In this document: positions 44,170 through 54,517 of the stretch, piece by piece
Numbering within the stretch: the stretch's first letter is position 1
Layout of the letters: the number at the start of each line of letters is the position of its first letter
Virus record (IMG/VR): IMGVR_UViG_3300036766_001014
Span: 16,841 to 80,840 of that record
Reading direction: 5' to 3' (one strand)
Length of the DNA stretch: 64,000 nt
Source: a virus
Notes under the pieces: model-generated
The model's database searches: none
Told to the model about the DNA's origin: nothing
Seen by the model: only the letters and a program-made list of their open reading frames with translations
Made by a program: the position numbers and the translations under genes

Positions 44170-45022
44170 CGAGATCGCGGCTCACCGCGAGAACCATCGC
44201 TGGCTACTGCCGCCGCTGCTGGAATCGATCGCGCATAGCCGCGAGGTCCCGCCGCCTAAGCACGACTCCTGGTTCAGCGCATCACGAGTGCCGACTATGT
44301 GCCCGAAGGCATTGGTCCTGGCTGCCAGGATGGGCTTGCCGATGGCAGACAACACCGATGCTAAGGCCAGGTGGTTCATGGACCGCGGCTCGGCGTTGCA
44401 CGCAATGTTCCAGAGCTACTGGCTTGGGCCGACCGGTTGGCTGCTCGGTGGGTGGGCATGTAGGGCATGTGCGAAGCTGCATGGCGGCTCCGGCGATGAT
44501 CGTTGGTCAATCGTTCTGGAAAACGCTGTCGCCTTGCCCGAAAAGTGTGACAGGTGCGGAGCTGTGCCGCGTAGGCAAGAACCGTGGCAGTTCGTCGAGC
44601 CGTACGCGGCCGACAACGATCTGCGCGTGCGCGGCCGCACGGACGGGTTCCTGCGGATGCCAGGGCGCGGCTTCGAGGTCATGGACCTCAAGTTCATATC
44701 CCGGCTCGATCTGATTCGGGTCGCACCAAAGGCCGATCACGTAGCTCAGCTCCATTGGTATCTCGATGCCTCGTCGCTGAAGACGGGTCGAATCGTCTAC
44801 GTTGACCCTGGAGCAAAGAGCGTCGAGGAGGCTATGGTGGAGCATCTGGTGGCGTTCGACGCGGCATTGATGCAACGGGAGAAGGAGAAAGTCCGTGCCA
44901 CGCGCCAAGCGCTCAGCGACGAAAGAAGACCTGTCCCAGCTTGTCCGTATGGTGGAAAAGGCGCGTATGGGGAGTGCCCATGCGTCGAAGTGGCGGTGCT
45001 CTGGGCCCGTTCTCGGCGTTGA
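44150..45022 (+). CDS. Cas4-like/PD-(D/E)XK exonuclease
   Basis: SAS..MCP, G.ALH, GRTDG, MDLK, Q..WY, C-terminal Cys cluster. Confidence 0.8.
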   Translation: MLKDVLDEIAAHRENHRWLLPPLLESIAHSREVPPPKHDSWFSASRVPTMCPKALVLAARMGLPMADNTDAKARWFMDRGSALHAMFQSYWLGPTGWLLGGWACRACAKLHGGSGDDRWSIVLENAVALPEKCDRCGAVPRRQEPWQFVEPYAADNDLRVRGRTDGFLRMPGRGFEVMDLKFISRLDLIRVAPKADHVAQLHWYLDASSLKTGRIVYVDPGAKSVEEAMVEHLVAFDAALMQREKEKVRATRQALSDERRPVPACPYGGKGAYGECPCVEVAVLWARSRR

Positions 45023-45515
45023 CCTGGCGCTGGATTACACGGGCCTGTCGATCTACACGGCAGACGGGCACCACCAGCGGTGTCTGACAATCCAGGAGAA
45101 GCTGGCTCGGCGCACCAAGAACGATCCGCCAGTGGCGGAGGTCGAGCGCATCATGCGGATGCTCCGCGTGGCCAACGAAATTGTCCACGTAGTAGAGATG
45201 TTCAAGATCCGGCACGTCGGCATCGAGGGACCGGCGCACAACGCCAGGTACCAGTCTCATCAGCTCGGCGAGGTGGCAGGCATCGTAAAATCTCAGCTCT
45301 GGCTGAAGTTCAAGATCGTGCCGCGGATCGTCCCGCCGTCTAGCGCGCGCAAGCACGTGTTGGGTTATGGTGGCTCCATCCCGAAGGACCGGGTGACTGC
45401 CGCGGTTCGTGAGGGATTGGGAATCGCGGCTGCAAACGATCACGAAGCCGATGCCACCGTTGTCGCGCGCTATACGTTCGATTCGGTAGTGGCAGAGGAG
45501 AAGGAGCTGGAGTGA
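44949..45515 (+). CDS. ruvC: RuvC-like Holliday junction resolvase
   Basis: VLGVDLA...TG, GIEG, GE..GIVK, PS..RK, HEADA. Confidence 0.85.
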   Translation: MVEKARMGSAHASKWRCSGPVLGVDLALDYTGLSIYTADGHHQRCLTIQEKLARRTKNDPPVAEVERIMRMLRVANEIVHVVEMFKIRHVGIEGPAHNARYQSHQLGEVAGIVKSQLWLKFKIVPRIVPPSSARKHVLGYGGSIPKDRVTAAVREGLGIAAANDHEADATVVARYTFDSVVAEEKELE

Positions 45516-46504
45516 TGGCAATGACCGATGGCGATGGGGACGACTTTTCTGGACTGGCTGTTGTGAGTGGCGGGGCGGCCGTGGTGGACATAGGCAGCGC
45601 GGCGCTGCGCAGGGGCGATTTGGACAAGCTGAGATCGCGCGTGCTCGTGCTGCGCGACGAGATGGGCGAGGCGTACTTCGAGCTTGGTCGCCTGCTGCAC
45701 CGGATCAACAAGGACGGGCTCTACGTTCATTGGCTTGGGCCAGACAGCAAGCCGTACGAGAGCTTTCACGACTACGTCGAGCACGAGGTCGATTTCGAGT
45801 TCCGCAAAGCGAAGTACCTCATGTCGATCTGGTGGTGGTTCGCCGAGGAGCTTGGCGACAAAGAGGTCATGGAAAAGGTAAAGCAGATTGGCTGGACGAA
45901 GGCCGCGATGCTCGTGGGCGTGGTGGACAGCAAGAATGCTGACGTGTGGATTGGCAAGGCCAAGGCGCTGAAGGTCAGGGATCTGCGTGAGCAAACGCGC
46001 TTTGCGATCGAAGCGGCTCAGCGCGGCCGCAGGCCGGACAGGCTTCGCGACGCAGGGCAGACCAATGGCGATCGGGAGCCTCTGCCGCTTCCGCAGCCTC
46101 TTGTCGCAGCTCCAGATCAGGCGAAGGACGAGCGCAGGGGCATCGATCCGCTGACGCCGGAGGAGGAGAAGGAACACACGTCGTTGTGGGCCGTGAAGGT
46201 CACCGGCGATCAGCGTGTGAACATCGAGTTGGCAATCGACGCCGCCCATCACATCGCGGAGAGCGATCCGGATACCAAGGGGTACCTGCTCGACCTCGTG
46301 GCTACGTCGTTTTTGGCAACGCGCGGCGGAGCGGTAGGGAACAACAACAGGGAGGACAAGATCAACTTCCGCAACGACGTGCTGCGCGCTATCGAGCGGA
46401 CGTTCGCAGTGGATCTGATCGCCGTGGAGCGCGGGACCGACAGGCCGCTGTTCGGCAAAGCCGTGATTGATCGACTGGCAGGCGGAGGCGACGATGCAAG
46501 TTAG
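45512..46504 (+). CDS. hypothetical DNA-binding protein
   Basis: ELGRLL, YESFHDY, IGWTK; AAGGAG RBS. Confidence 0.7.
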   Translation: MMAMTDGDGDDFSGLAVVSGGAAVVDIGSAALRRGDLDKLRSRVLVLRDEMGEAYFELGRLLHRINKDGLYVHWLGPDSKPYESFHDYVEHEVDFEFRKAKYLMSIWWWFAEELGDKEVMEKVKQIGWTKAAMLVGVVDSKNADVWIGKAKALKVRDLREQTRFAIEAAQRGRRPDRLRDAGQTNGDREPLPLPQPLVAAPDQAKDERRGIDPLTPEEEKEHTSLWAVKVTGDQRVNIELAIDAAHHIAESDPDTKGYLLDLVATSFLATRGGAVGNNNREDKINFRNDVLRAIERTFAVDLIAVERGTDRPLFGKAVIDRLAGGGDDAS

Positions 46505-46736
46505 CCGGGAGTACGCGCTCAGGGAGCTTGAATCAATAGCAGCCACGCTCGCTGAGTGGGGCAGAGAGCTGCATTGTCCAGCCGAGCTGACGGCCGACGC
46601 CGTGGAGCGATCTGTCTACCCGGACGGAGTCCCCGCTGGGCTGAGCGTGGACGATGTCGAAGGCTTTCCGGGGACACAGTTTCGAGCAGAGCTGATGGCA
46701 ATCGCGGGAAGACTCGAAGCGCTGGCCTCGTTCTGA
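46494..46736 (+). CDS. small hypothetical protein
   Basis: GGAGG RBS. Confidence 0.5.
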   Translation: MQVSREYALRELESIAATLAEWGRELHCPAELTADAVERSVYPDGVPAGLSVDDVEGFPGTQFRAELMAIAGRLEALASF

Positions 46737-46811
46737 GCCTTCGGTGGCTCGCTTGTAGGCGGTCCTTGCTATACCACTGTGTTTTGTCAACAATGGTGGT
46801 CAGGGAAGTAT

Positions 46812-47537
46812 ATGGCAAATGAGAAAGGTCCGCCCGCGTCCAGGGCTTCGGTGGCCAGGCTGATTGAAAGCCTGGACTGCCTCGATACCGTGGACACGAT
46901 GCTGCTGGAGGGTACGCCCGCAATCGACGTGGCCAGGTTCATACAGCAGGATCAGGGCGAGCTGGCTCAGATCAACGAGAAGACCCTCGCAAACGCTCTG
47001 ATTGCTAGGCGGCACCAGAAGCAAGAGGTGATCGGAATGGCCGGTCGCCATGACGTGACCGGGTCCGGGGCTGGAACGGCGGCGCCTCGGCAGGCGTCCA
47101 AGACACCGGGAACATTGATTCACAGCCTTTACAATCGAACCAAGGGCGGCATCCAGGAGATGCTGGAGATGGAGGCGCTGTTCCTGGCCCAGCGCGATCG
47201 TGTCGATCGAGCGATGGAGACCGAGAACGAGCTGGGCGCTCTCAGCGAGGACACCGGCAAGGAGATCGAGCGCGCGGCCAGCATACTCATGGATCGCTTC
47301 AATATCACCCACAAGCTCGGGCTGACCGAGAACGGCGACAACTTCAGACTCAACCTCGATATTCGAGGCTATAGCGAACGAACGGCAGAGATCCTGAACA
47401 ACCCGGAGTCCAGGCATCGCGTCATCTCAATCGTGGAGCGCATCGCGGCTCATGCGAAGCGAGCCATGCCAACGGAGCCTGAGATTGCGCTTCCGTTGCC
47501 GAGGTCGCTGAAGACCGGCGACGGCAACAAGGAGTAG
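46812..47537 (+). CDS. terminase small subunit candidate
   Basis: Helical/coiled-coil protein directly upstream of TerL. Confidence 0.55.
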   Translation: MANEKGPPASRASVARLIESLDCLDTVDTMLLEGTPAIDVARFIQQDQGELAQINEKTLANALIARRHQKQEVIGMAGRHDVTGSGAGTAAPRQASKTPGTLIHSLYNRTKGGIQEMLEMEALFLAQRDRVDRAMETENELGALSEDTGKEIERAASILMDRFNITHKLGLTENGDNFRLNLDIRGYSERTAEILNNPESRHRVISIVERIAAHAKRAMPTEPEIALPLPRSLKTGDGNKE

Positions 47538-47538
47538 C

Positions 47539-49647
47539 GTGCCAATCATCGATCGCAATGGCCGCCCGAGGTCTGTCAGGACCGACGACGAGGACCGTAG
47601 CGTTCTGCTGAAGGACATCGCGCGCCTGCCGCCGATGGAGCAGATCGCCGTGATGGAAATGTACGAGGAGCTGCGCCTTGGGCAGATCGACTCGTTCGAG
47701 TCGGTTGCCAAGATTGAATACACGTCTTCTCCGGTGGACATACGGACCTTCTTGACCAACCCGTACTTTCTTGGCGAGACAGGTAGCTCCCTCTGGCCAC
47801 AGCTCGTGGAGGACATGGTCGAACTGTTCGAGGGCCACTATCACGAGGTTGCGCTGACAGGCAGCCTTGGTTGGGGCAAGAGCTTCTTTGCGACCACGGC
47901 GTTGGCATACGTGCTCTATCAGATGAGCTGCCTACGCGATCCGCAGAAGGCGTACGACCTCGACGGCGGATCGCACATCTACCTTGCGATGCTCAGCGTG
48001 ACCGAGAAAGTCGCCAGGCGCGTAGCCATCAACGAGTTCGTTGGAAAGGTTTCGCACAGCCGGTACTTCAAGGAGAAGTTCCCGCCGCAGGCGGCCCCGA
48101 GCGCGTTGGAGATTCGCTTTCCGCGTCAGATCCAAGTCGTGGCCGGTTCCACCGGCAGTTCGGCGATTATTGGCCTGAATGCGTTCGCCGGGTTCATCGA
48201 CGAGTCAAGTTTCATGGGCGCCGTCAAGGAAATCGATCGCGGCGGCCGCGTCATCAGCGTGGACAAGGGCGAGGCTATCTACAAGTCGATCATTCGCCGC
48301 ATGAAGTCTCGGTTTCAGAAGGCTGGACGCTTGCCTGGTCTCATGATCATCGCATCGTCGAAGGAGCGCCCGAGCGCGTTTGTTGAGCAGCGAATCCAGC
48401 AGGCTCGCGAGCAGAACGACTCGGAGTTCTTCGTGCGCGAGTACAGCACGTGGGACGTCAAGCCGTCGTCAGCGTTTACCGGTCGGTTTTTCAAGGTTGC
48501 CGTTGGTGACGAGAAGCTCCACTCGCGCATCCTCTCCGGCGATCCGGATGAGGAGATCAGACTGCTCGACAGCGGCATGCGCGTCATGGACGTGCCAGAG
48601 GAATACCGCCAGGACTTCGAGCGTGATCTCGAAGGCAGTCTTCGAGACATCGCGGGGGTGGCGACGGTTTCAGTCAGCCCGTATATCCAGCGCTCGGAGC
48701 AGATTTACGGAGCGGTTGACGACTCGTTGCCATCGCCCGTCGGCGGCGAGGATAGTGGGGACATGACGCAGGAATGGACGGCCGGGACGCCATTGACGAT
48801 CCACTGGGGCCGCATCGCGACCCCCAGGGAGATGCGCCTTCCGGGCGGCTACACCGAGATCAAGTGGAGACCAAAACGCAATCCGACGACCACGCGCTAC
48901 GCACATATCGACCCGTCGCTAACCGGCGACAGTACGGGGCTCGCAATCGGCCACATCTCCGGGTGGACAGAGGTCGTGCGCAGAGACCCGGCTGGCGAGG
49001 AATACAACGAGCTGGCGCCGGTCATTGAGACGGACCTGCTGCTGCGAATCTCTCCCCCTCCTGGCGACGAGATCCTGCTGAGCGATGTGCGCTCGATCCT
49101 TTACCAGTTCCACGATCATGGCTTCGCCCTGGGTTACGTCACGATGGATCAGTACCAGTCGGCGGATGCGATTCAGCAGTTCCGCAAGCGTGGAATCGAG
49201 TCCGAGGTCGTGTCGGTGGATCGAACCACCGAGGCGTACGACGTGCTCAAGACGGCGCTGTACGAGGGCCGCCTCCGGCTGCACAGGAACGATCATTGTT
49301 TGCGAGAACTGAGTCAGTTACAACGAGTTCCCAAGCCAGGTGGCCGCGGCATCAAGATCGACCACCCGAGGATAGGGGCAGACGGAATGCCGGGCTCCAA
49401 GGATCTCGCCGATGCCCTGGCAGCTCTCGTGTTCAACTTGACCCAGCGGACTCCCGGAATGCCTGTCGCGCCTCAGCTCGGCGTGAGCACGGACGGGCGC
49501 GGAGAAGTCCGTGACGACTCGTGGGTCAACAATGGCCGACTGATTGCCATGCAAGAAACTAGCCCGCGTCGCCCAGGCAGAGGTATCGTTGACGGTGGGA
49601 CGCCGAGTGCGGGTACTATGCCGCCGATGCCCTTCATCAAAGGCTGA
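47539..49647 (+). CDS. terL: terminase large subunit
   Basis: GSLGWGKS, FIDES, HIDPS..D.TG, DQYQS, IDHP...SKDLADA. Confidence 0.9.
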   Translation: MPIIDRNGRPRSVRTDDEDRSVLLKDIARLPPMEQIAVMEMYEELRLGQIDSFESVAKIEYTSSPVDIRTFLTNPYFLGETGSSLWPQLVEDMVELFEGHYHEVALTGSLGWGKSFFATTALAYVLYQMSCLRDPQKAYDLDGGSHIYLAMLSVTEKVARRVAINEFVGKVSHSRYFKEKFPPQAAPSALEIRFPRQIQVVAGSTGSSAIIGLNAFAGFIDESSFMGAVKEIDRGGRVISVDKGEAIYKSIIRRMKSRFQKAGRLPGLMIIASSKERPSAFVEQRIQQAREQNDSEFFVREYSTWDVKPSSAFTGRFFKVAVGDEKLHSRILSGDPDEEIRLLDSGMRVMDVPEEYRQDFERDLEGSLRDIAGVATVSVSPYIQRSEQIYGAVDDSLPSPVGGEDSGDMTQEWTAGTPLTIHWGRIATPREMRLPGGYTEIKWRPKRNPTTTRYAHIDPSLTGDSTGLAIGHISGWTEVVRRDPAGEEYNELAPVIETDLLLRISPPPGDEILLSDVRSILYQFHDHGFALGYVTMDQYQSADAIQQFRKRGIESEVVSVDRTTEAYDVLKTALYEGRLRLHRNDHCLRELSQLQRVPKPGGRGIKIDHPRIGADGMPGSKDLADALAALVFNLTQRTPGMPVAPQLGVSTDGRGEVRDDSWVNNGRLIAMQETSPRRPGRGIVDGGTPSAGTMPPMPFIKG

Positions 49648-49655
49648 ATTGATTC

Positions 49656-52577
49656 GTGGCTAAACGACGACCGATCGCAGAAGGCTTCGTCTCCGGGGTC
49701 AGCAATTCGATCCGGCAGTTCTTTGCCCGATCTGAGATCGCGCAGGCGTCGGAAATTCAGCGCGGCGGTTCGCCGAGCGTCGAGCGGGCGGGGTTGCCGT
49801 TCAACCTGGTCAACCAGTTCGGATATGACTCGCTCGCTGAGCACCTGCGCATCGACCAAGACCTCCAAGCTCGGTACACCGACTACGAGGAAATGGACGA
49901 ATATCCCGAGATTTCCTGTATTTCCGGACACTTACGGCTACCGAACCTGACTGTATCCGGAAACATAGAGGAGATGGTGAAGGGGAAGACCGTCGCCGTC
50001 AAGGACTTGTGCGAAGCCGTGGAGTCGGGGCGCGTGCAGAGGTTCTTCGTCTACGCGATCGACCACGCCGCTGGCCGCGTGGTGGCGGCTGAGGCTAAGG
50101 GCATCAGGCGCACGGGCGAGAAGGTCCCGGTTGTACGGGTTGTCTACGAGGACTACCGCCGCAGTGGGCAGTGGGAGCTGGTGGTGACCGCCAGTCATCT
50201 CTGCATGCTGCGCGACGGCTCCTACCGGGCCGCAGGCGATCTCAGGCCCGGCGATCGGATGATGCCCTGCACATTCCGGCTGGAAAAGCCTGGGTACTTG
50301 TCGATCTACGAGCCGTTGAGGAAGACGTCCGGCGGGAAGGCGGTCTACCAAACTGCGCATGCGCTCGTGATGCGTGCCATGGTCGGCAGTCCGCTGTCCG
50401 CGGACGAAGTCGCGCACCACAAGGACGAGGACAAGGCCAACCCGCATCCCATGAACCTCGAACTGAGGGGCAAGGGCGAGCATGCGGCCGGGCATGTCGC
50501 TGGTCCCGGCGACGCCAAGCGTCGCAAGGCCATCCGGCAGACGGTTGCCGGGAAATGGAAGGACCCGAGCTTCAAGCTCCAAGTGGCCAAGGCGCACCAG
50601 GGCTCGCCGAAGTGGCTACAGCGCGAAGCTGACGGGGAGCACAAGCATCGCGAAGCCACCGGCACTATGTCCGACGCCCACCGGCAAGCGATCTCCGATG
50701 GACGCACGATCGATCTGTCGCCGTCCGTGGTCGAGGCCGCCGTCAGATCGTCGGCGTCGTTCAACGATGCAGCGCGCAAGGTCGGCGTGTCGTGGAACAC
50801 GCTCATGCGCCGCATGGATCAGTTTGGTTTCGACCGAGGCATGCTCGGATCATTGCTTGGCGGTCCCGTAGAGGGGCAAGCCAGCTACGCCAACCATCGC
50901 GTCGTGTCAGTGGAACCGGCAGGCGTAGAGGATGTCTACGACATCGAGGTTCCGGGGTACCACAACTTCGCGGTGGGCGACGAGAACGGCGAAGGCATGG
51001 TCTTCGTCCACAACTCGGCTTACGACATTTACGCCGACGACTCTGCGATGCCCAATGAGAAGGGCCAGTCGATCTGGATCAGCTCCGACAACCGTGCCAT
51101 CGAGTCCGACCTGATGGAGATGTTGCACAAGCGCATCCGCATCGAGGACGACATCTGGGGCTTGGAGCGCACGATCGGCAAGTACGGCAACGCCTTCGGC
51201 GAGCTGCTTGTCGGCAAGGAGGGGCTGGTCGGGATCAACTTTCTGCCGCCGCCCACGGTCCGCCGTGTCGAAGGCCCACAGGGGCAGCTGATCGGCTTCA
51301 TCCAGGACATCCGAGGCGAGTTCAACGTCGGCCTGGAGGATTTCTACAAGCTTGCGGCCGAGCGCGGAGCGGACGGAGAGCGCCGTCGCCCGCCTGGCGA
51401 GCTGACGGTGTTCGAGGACTGGGAGGTCGTGCACTGGCGCCTCCGAGGCAAGCATCTGCGCTCGGTGTACGGCCATGGCGTGGCGGATGGCGCGCGTTGG
51501 ATCTGGAAGCGCTTGTCGCTGCTCGAAGACGCGCTGCTGATCTACAAGCTCTCGCGCGCGCCCGCGCGCTACGCCTTCTACGTAGACATCGGCGAGTACG
51601 ATCACGAGCGCGGCCTGGCCTACGTGAACAGGGTCAAGAACCAGTTCGTGAAGCAAAAATTCGTCAACCCGAACACGGGCAAGATGGACATGCGGCACAG
51701 TCCTTTAAGTCATGACGAAGATTTCTTCATCCCATCGCGTGGTGGCAAGGACTCAACACGCATCGAGATGCTCCAGGGTCCGGATTACGCCGAGACCGAC
51801 ACGGTCGAGTACCATCGCGACAAGCTGGTGAGCGCAATCAAGGTGCCGAAGGCGTACCTCGGCTATGGCGGCGAGGCATCCAAGTCGTCGCTGTCGTCCG
51901 AAGATATTCGGTTCGCGAGAACGGTGATGCGCGTTCAGCGCGAGACCCGCACCGGCGTTCGCAAGGCGTGCCGCGTTCACCTCGTGGCCAAGGGGGCCGA
52001 TGTGGATCGCTACGAGTACGACGCGGTCATGTCCGTGCCGTCGGCCATCCTGGAGCTGGCCCGACTGGAGGTCTTGTCAGCCACGGCTGATCTTGCTCAG
52101 CGGACCGGCGAGATTCTGTCCACGAAGTGGGTGCTCACGACCTTGTTCAAGTATTCCGAGGAGGAAGCCGAGAGGTTGATCCTCGAAAAGGACGGCGACG
52201 CCCTGCGCAAGGCCAAGGTTGAGGCCGAGTCTCAGCGGTTGTTGGCTCTTGCCCAGCAAGCGGCCCAGCCACCAGAAGAAGGTGGCGGCGAGGCCCCCGA
52301 GGCGGGCGCCGAGCCGGAGCCGGAAGCCGCCCCAGAGTCGATCGGCCGACGCGGTCTCCGGCGCGCTGACCAGATCATGCTGGAGCGCAGACTCGGCGAC
52401 ATGATCAAGCGACAGGGCGACGACACCCGCAGGTCGCTGGAGCGGAAAATGGATTCTCGTTGGCGGGCCGAGGACAAGATCGCCGAGGCCGTGAGGGATC
52501 CCAAGATAGCCAACCGTCTGCGGCGCATCGAAGGTCTGCTTGGCGACGTGCGCGCTGCGATGCGTCCTGTCGAATAG
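49656..52577 (+). CDS. portal protein (T4 gp20-like) with intein
   Basis: YEEMDEYPEIS[intein]SAYDIYADD; LLEDALLIY.LSRAP.R..FYVDIG; EDFFIP.RGG; EDIRFAR. Confidence 0.93.
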   Translation: MAKRRPIAEGFVSGVSNSIRQFFARSEIAQASEIQRGGSPSVERAGLPFNLVNQFGYDSLAEHLRIDQDLQARYTDYEEMDEYPEISCISGHLRLPNLTVSGNIEEMVKGKTVAVKDLCEAVESGRVQRFFVYAIDHAAGRVVAAEAKGIRRTGEKVPVVRVVYEDYRRSGQWELVVTASHLCMLRDGSYRAAGDLRPGDRMMPCTFRLEKPGYLSIYEPLRKTSGGKAVYQTAHALVMRAMVGSPLSADEVAHHKDEDKANPHPMNLELRGKGEHAAGHVAGPGDAKRRKAIRQTVAGKWKDPSFKLQVAKAHQGSPKWLQREADGEHKHREATGTMSDAHRQAISDGRTIDLSPSVVEAAVRSSASFNDAARKVGVSWNTLMRRMDQFGFDRGMLGSLLGGPVEGQASYANHRVVSVEPAGVEDVYDIEVPGYHNFAVGDENGEGMVFVHNSAYDIYADDSAMPNEKGQSIWISSDNRAIESDLMEMLHKRIRIEDDIWGLERTIGKYGNAFGELLVGKEGLVGINFLPPPTVRRVEGPQGQLIGFIQDIRGEFNVGLEDFYKLAAERGADGERRRPPGELTVFEDWEVVHWRLRGKHLRSVYGHGVADGARWIWKRLSLLEDALLIYKLSRAPARYAFYVDIGEYDHERGLAYVNRVKNQFVKQKFVNPNTGKMDMRHSPLSHDEDFFIPSRGGKDSTRIEMLQGPDYAETDTVEYHRDKLVSAIKVPKAYLGYGGEASKSSLSSEDIRFARTVMRVQRETRTGVRKACRVHLVAKGADVDRYEYDAVMSVPSAILELARLEVLSATADLAQRTGEILSTKWVLTTLFKYSEEEAERLILEKDGDALRKAKVEAESQRLLALAQQAAQPPEEGGGEAPEAGAEPEPEAAPESIGRRGLRRADQIMLERRLGDMIKRQGDDTRRSLERKMDSRWRAEDKIAEAVRDPKIANRLRRIEGLLGDVRAAMRPVE
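49917..51014 (+). mobile_element. intein (366 aa) with in-frame HNH endonuclease and HTH
   Basis: C1 CISG; TASH..LRDG; HHKDEDKAN...NL; AARKVGVSWNTL; VYDIEV..HNFAV...VHN/S. Confidence 0.92.
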
Positions 52578-52588
52578 CAGTCGTTTTC

Positions 52589-52618
52589 TTGACACCAAGT
52601 TTCAGCAGCGAATACCGT
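52589..52618 (+). promoter_or_regulatory. putative promoter TTGACA-N18-TACCGT
   Basis: GTG 9 nt downstream. Confidence 0.45.
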
Positions 52619-52627
52619 GGCTACTCA

Positions 52628-53572
52628 GTGAACGTGTCTACCGAAAAGCTTGTTGACGGCGACTTCCTTGCCAAGCTGATGGCTGGGTCGATGGAATCAG
52701 CCGTTGGCTCCGTTGAGGAAGCTGTGGCCGCTAACGCCGCGCTGTTCGGCGCGGAGTCGTGCGAGCTGAGTACGGTTGCCACGTACCCCGACCATTTCAT
52801 CGTGGTCAACGAGCACGGCGAGTTCTATCGGGGACGCTGGAAGATGGGCAGCGACGGCGTTGAAATTTCCGAAGTCGAGGAGATCGACGTCCCGGTGTTC
52901 GAGGCGGCAGCCATGGGTGCACAGGTCCGCCAAGAGGCCCGCGAGGCCGTCAAGGCTCTGCTCACGGACGATGTCGAGACGGCCGAGGACAAGATCCGGT
53001 CGCTGTACCGTCTGGTTCGGGCTGGCGTACGCCTGACCGCGGAAGGCGTTGAGGACCTGTACTCGAAGCGTGACTACGCCGACGACGACTGGTTCCAGGC
53101 CGTCCAGGAAGAAGGAATCAAGATCCGGGCGTTTCTTGGATCGGAGGCAGACCGTGTGCCGGTGTTCAAGCACCGGTTCTTCTCGGCTGCTGACGAGGCA
53201 GTAACCGAGGCCCAGGCGGAGAGTCAGCGCGACGGCCTGAAGCAGGGGCTCGCTGAACTGCACCGCGGTTTCGTGGGGATGCGCAATCAGATCGCGTTGG
53301 CGCGTCAGATCGACGGCACGCGCAAACTTCGTGACGAGTCCGCCGAAATGGCGCCCTCGGACTTCGTCGAATTCGTGAGCGGCCTCAGCGCCGCCCTCGA
53401 CGAAGTGATCGGCATCCTGGGCGACGCTCAGGCGGTGGCCGAAGACGGTTCTATCAAGTGCTTGGCACGGGTCCATGACGGGATCGCGGGTCAGGCGAAT
53501 GAATGGGCTCTGGCGTCAGCGTTCTGCGAAAAGCTCGCAAGGCGCTTCGTGGCCGCACAATCGGAGGGTTGA
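52628..53572 (+). CDS. head morphogenesis-region hypothetical protein
   Basis: Lies between portal and protease. Confidence 0.7.
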   Translation: MNVSTEKLVDGDFLAKLMAGSMESAVGSVEEAVAANAALFGAESCELSTVATYPDHFIVVNEHGEFYRGRWKMGSDGVEISEVEEIDVPVFEAAAMGAQVRQEAREAVKALLTDDVETAEDKIRSLYRLVRAGVRLTAEGVEDLYSKRDYADDDWFQAVQEEGIKIRAFLGSEADRVPVFKHRFFSAADEAVTEAQAESQRDGLKQGLAELHRGFVGMRNQIALARQIDGTRKLRDESAEMAPSDFVEFVSGLSAALDEVIGILGDAQAVAEDGSIKCLARVHDGIAGQANEWALASAFCEKLARRFVAAQSEG

Positions 53573-53575
53573 GAC

Positions 53576-54517
53576 ATGCTGAATCGGAACACGAAGGTTC
53601 GTTCGCTGGCTGAGGAGCTGACCGAGATTGGCTTGGACGCCGATAAGACGATCGGCCAAATCACTCGCACCACGAAACTGGTCGAGTCTCGCATGGGTGG
53701 CAACAGCGGCGGAGGCGCCCCGACGTATCTGCGCCGGGTCAAGCCGACCGAGCCAGGGGGCGCTCCGAAGGATGAGCTGCAAGAATCCGCTGACGACGAG
53801 GGCGGCGTCGAGCTGTCGGAGGCGCTCAAGATCATCAAGGTGAAGCGCCTTTCATCCTCGCAGAAGGCCAAGGGGCGGCGGCTGCGCCGAAAGACGCGCA
53901 GCAAGCGCAAGGCGGCAGGCAAGATGTACCGCAAGCGCTCCAAGCGCCGCATCAAGCGCGTGGCAGCCATGAAGGCCAAGCGTTTCGGCACGTCCGGCCT
54001 GAAGAAGCTTCACAAGGGTCGTCGCAAGGTGATGATGCAGGGCGACAGCCCGCTGTCGAACCTCCGTGAGGAACTGAACAGTGTCGAGGAGGGCGTCCGG
54101 TCCGATTCGTCGAATGCCTTCGAGGATGCGGCGCTCAACGCCAGCTGGCTCGCCATGTATCTCGGCGAGATGTTCGAGGCGGCCGGAGACCTCCAGTCCG
54201 CGGACACGATGTACGACGCGAGCGATGCGTCGGCCGACTTGGCCGAGCAGCTCTCGGGCGACCTCACCGAGGAGGATCTCTCCGAGGAGCAGTCGCAGAT
54301 GCTGGAGCGCGTGCTCGCAACGCTTGTGAAGGCGCTGCGCATGTACGAGGCCATGGGTTCCCCCTCGCTTTCGGAAGCGTTCGACCTCGCCGAGGAAGAA
54401 GACGACGAGGGAGACGACGAGGAAGAAGACGATGACGAGGACGCTGAGGACGACGAGGAAGACGACGAGGAAGACGACGACGAGGACGATGGCGACAAAG
54501 CCAACAAGAACAAGTGA
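53576..54517 (+). CDS. prohead core protein-like (basic segment plus poly-D/E tail)
   Basis: K/R-rich tract after LSE; roughly 35-residue D/E run; position like T4 gp67/68. Confidence 0.65.
   Translation: MLNRNTKVRSLAEELTEIGLDADKTIGQITRTTKLVESRMGGNSGGGAPTYLRRVKPTEPGGAPKDELQESADDEGGVELSEALKIIKVKRLSSSQKAKGRRLRRKTRSKRKAAGKMYRKRSKRRIKRVAAMKAKRFGTSGLKKLHKGRRKVMMQGDSPLSNLREELNSVEEGVRSDSSNAFEDAALNASWLAMYLGEMFEAAGDLQSADTMYDASDASADLAEQLSGDLTEEDLSEEQSQMLERVLATLVKALRMYEAMGSPSLSEAFDLAEEEDDEGDDEEEDDDEDAEDDEEDDEEDDDEDDGDKANKNK

Noticed and set aside
44150-45022. CRISPR-Cas system suggested by the Cas4-like gene
   Set aside because: No repeat-spacer array or other cas genes seen; solo Cas4-like nucleases are common in phage recombination modules.
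46768-46790. Minus-strand TTGACA promoter before the terminase genes; also the TTGACA at 14299
   Set aside because: No -10 at 16-18 nt spacing and no suitably placed gene; 14299 coincides with a stop codon of a small ORF.
54390-54495. GAC/GAG/GAA-rich repeat as a DNA repeat element
   Set aside because: Explained by the poly-Asp/Glu tail of the prohead core-like protein.
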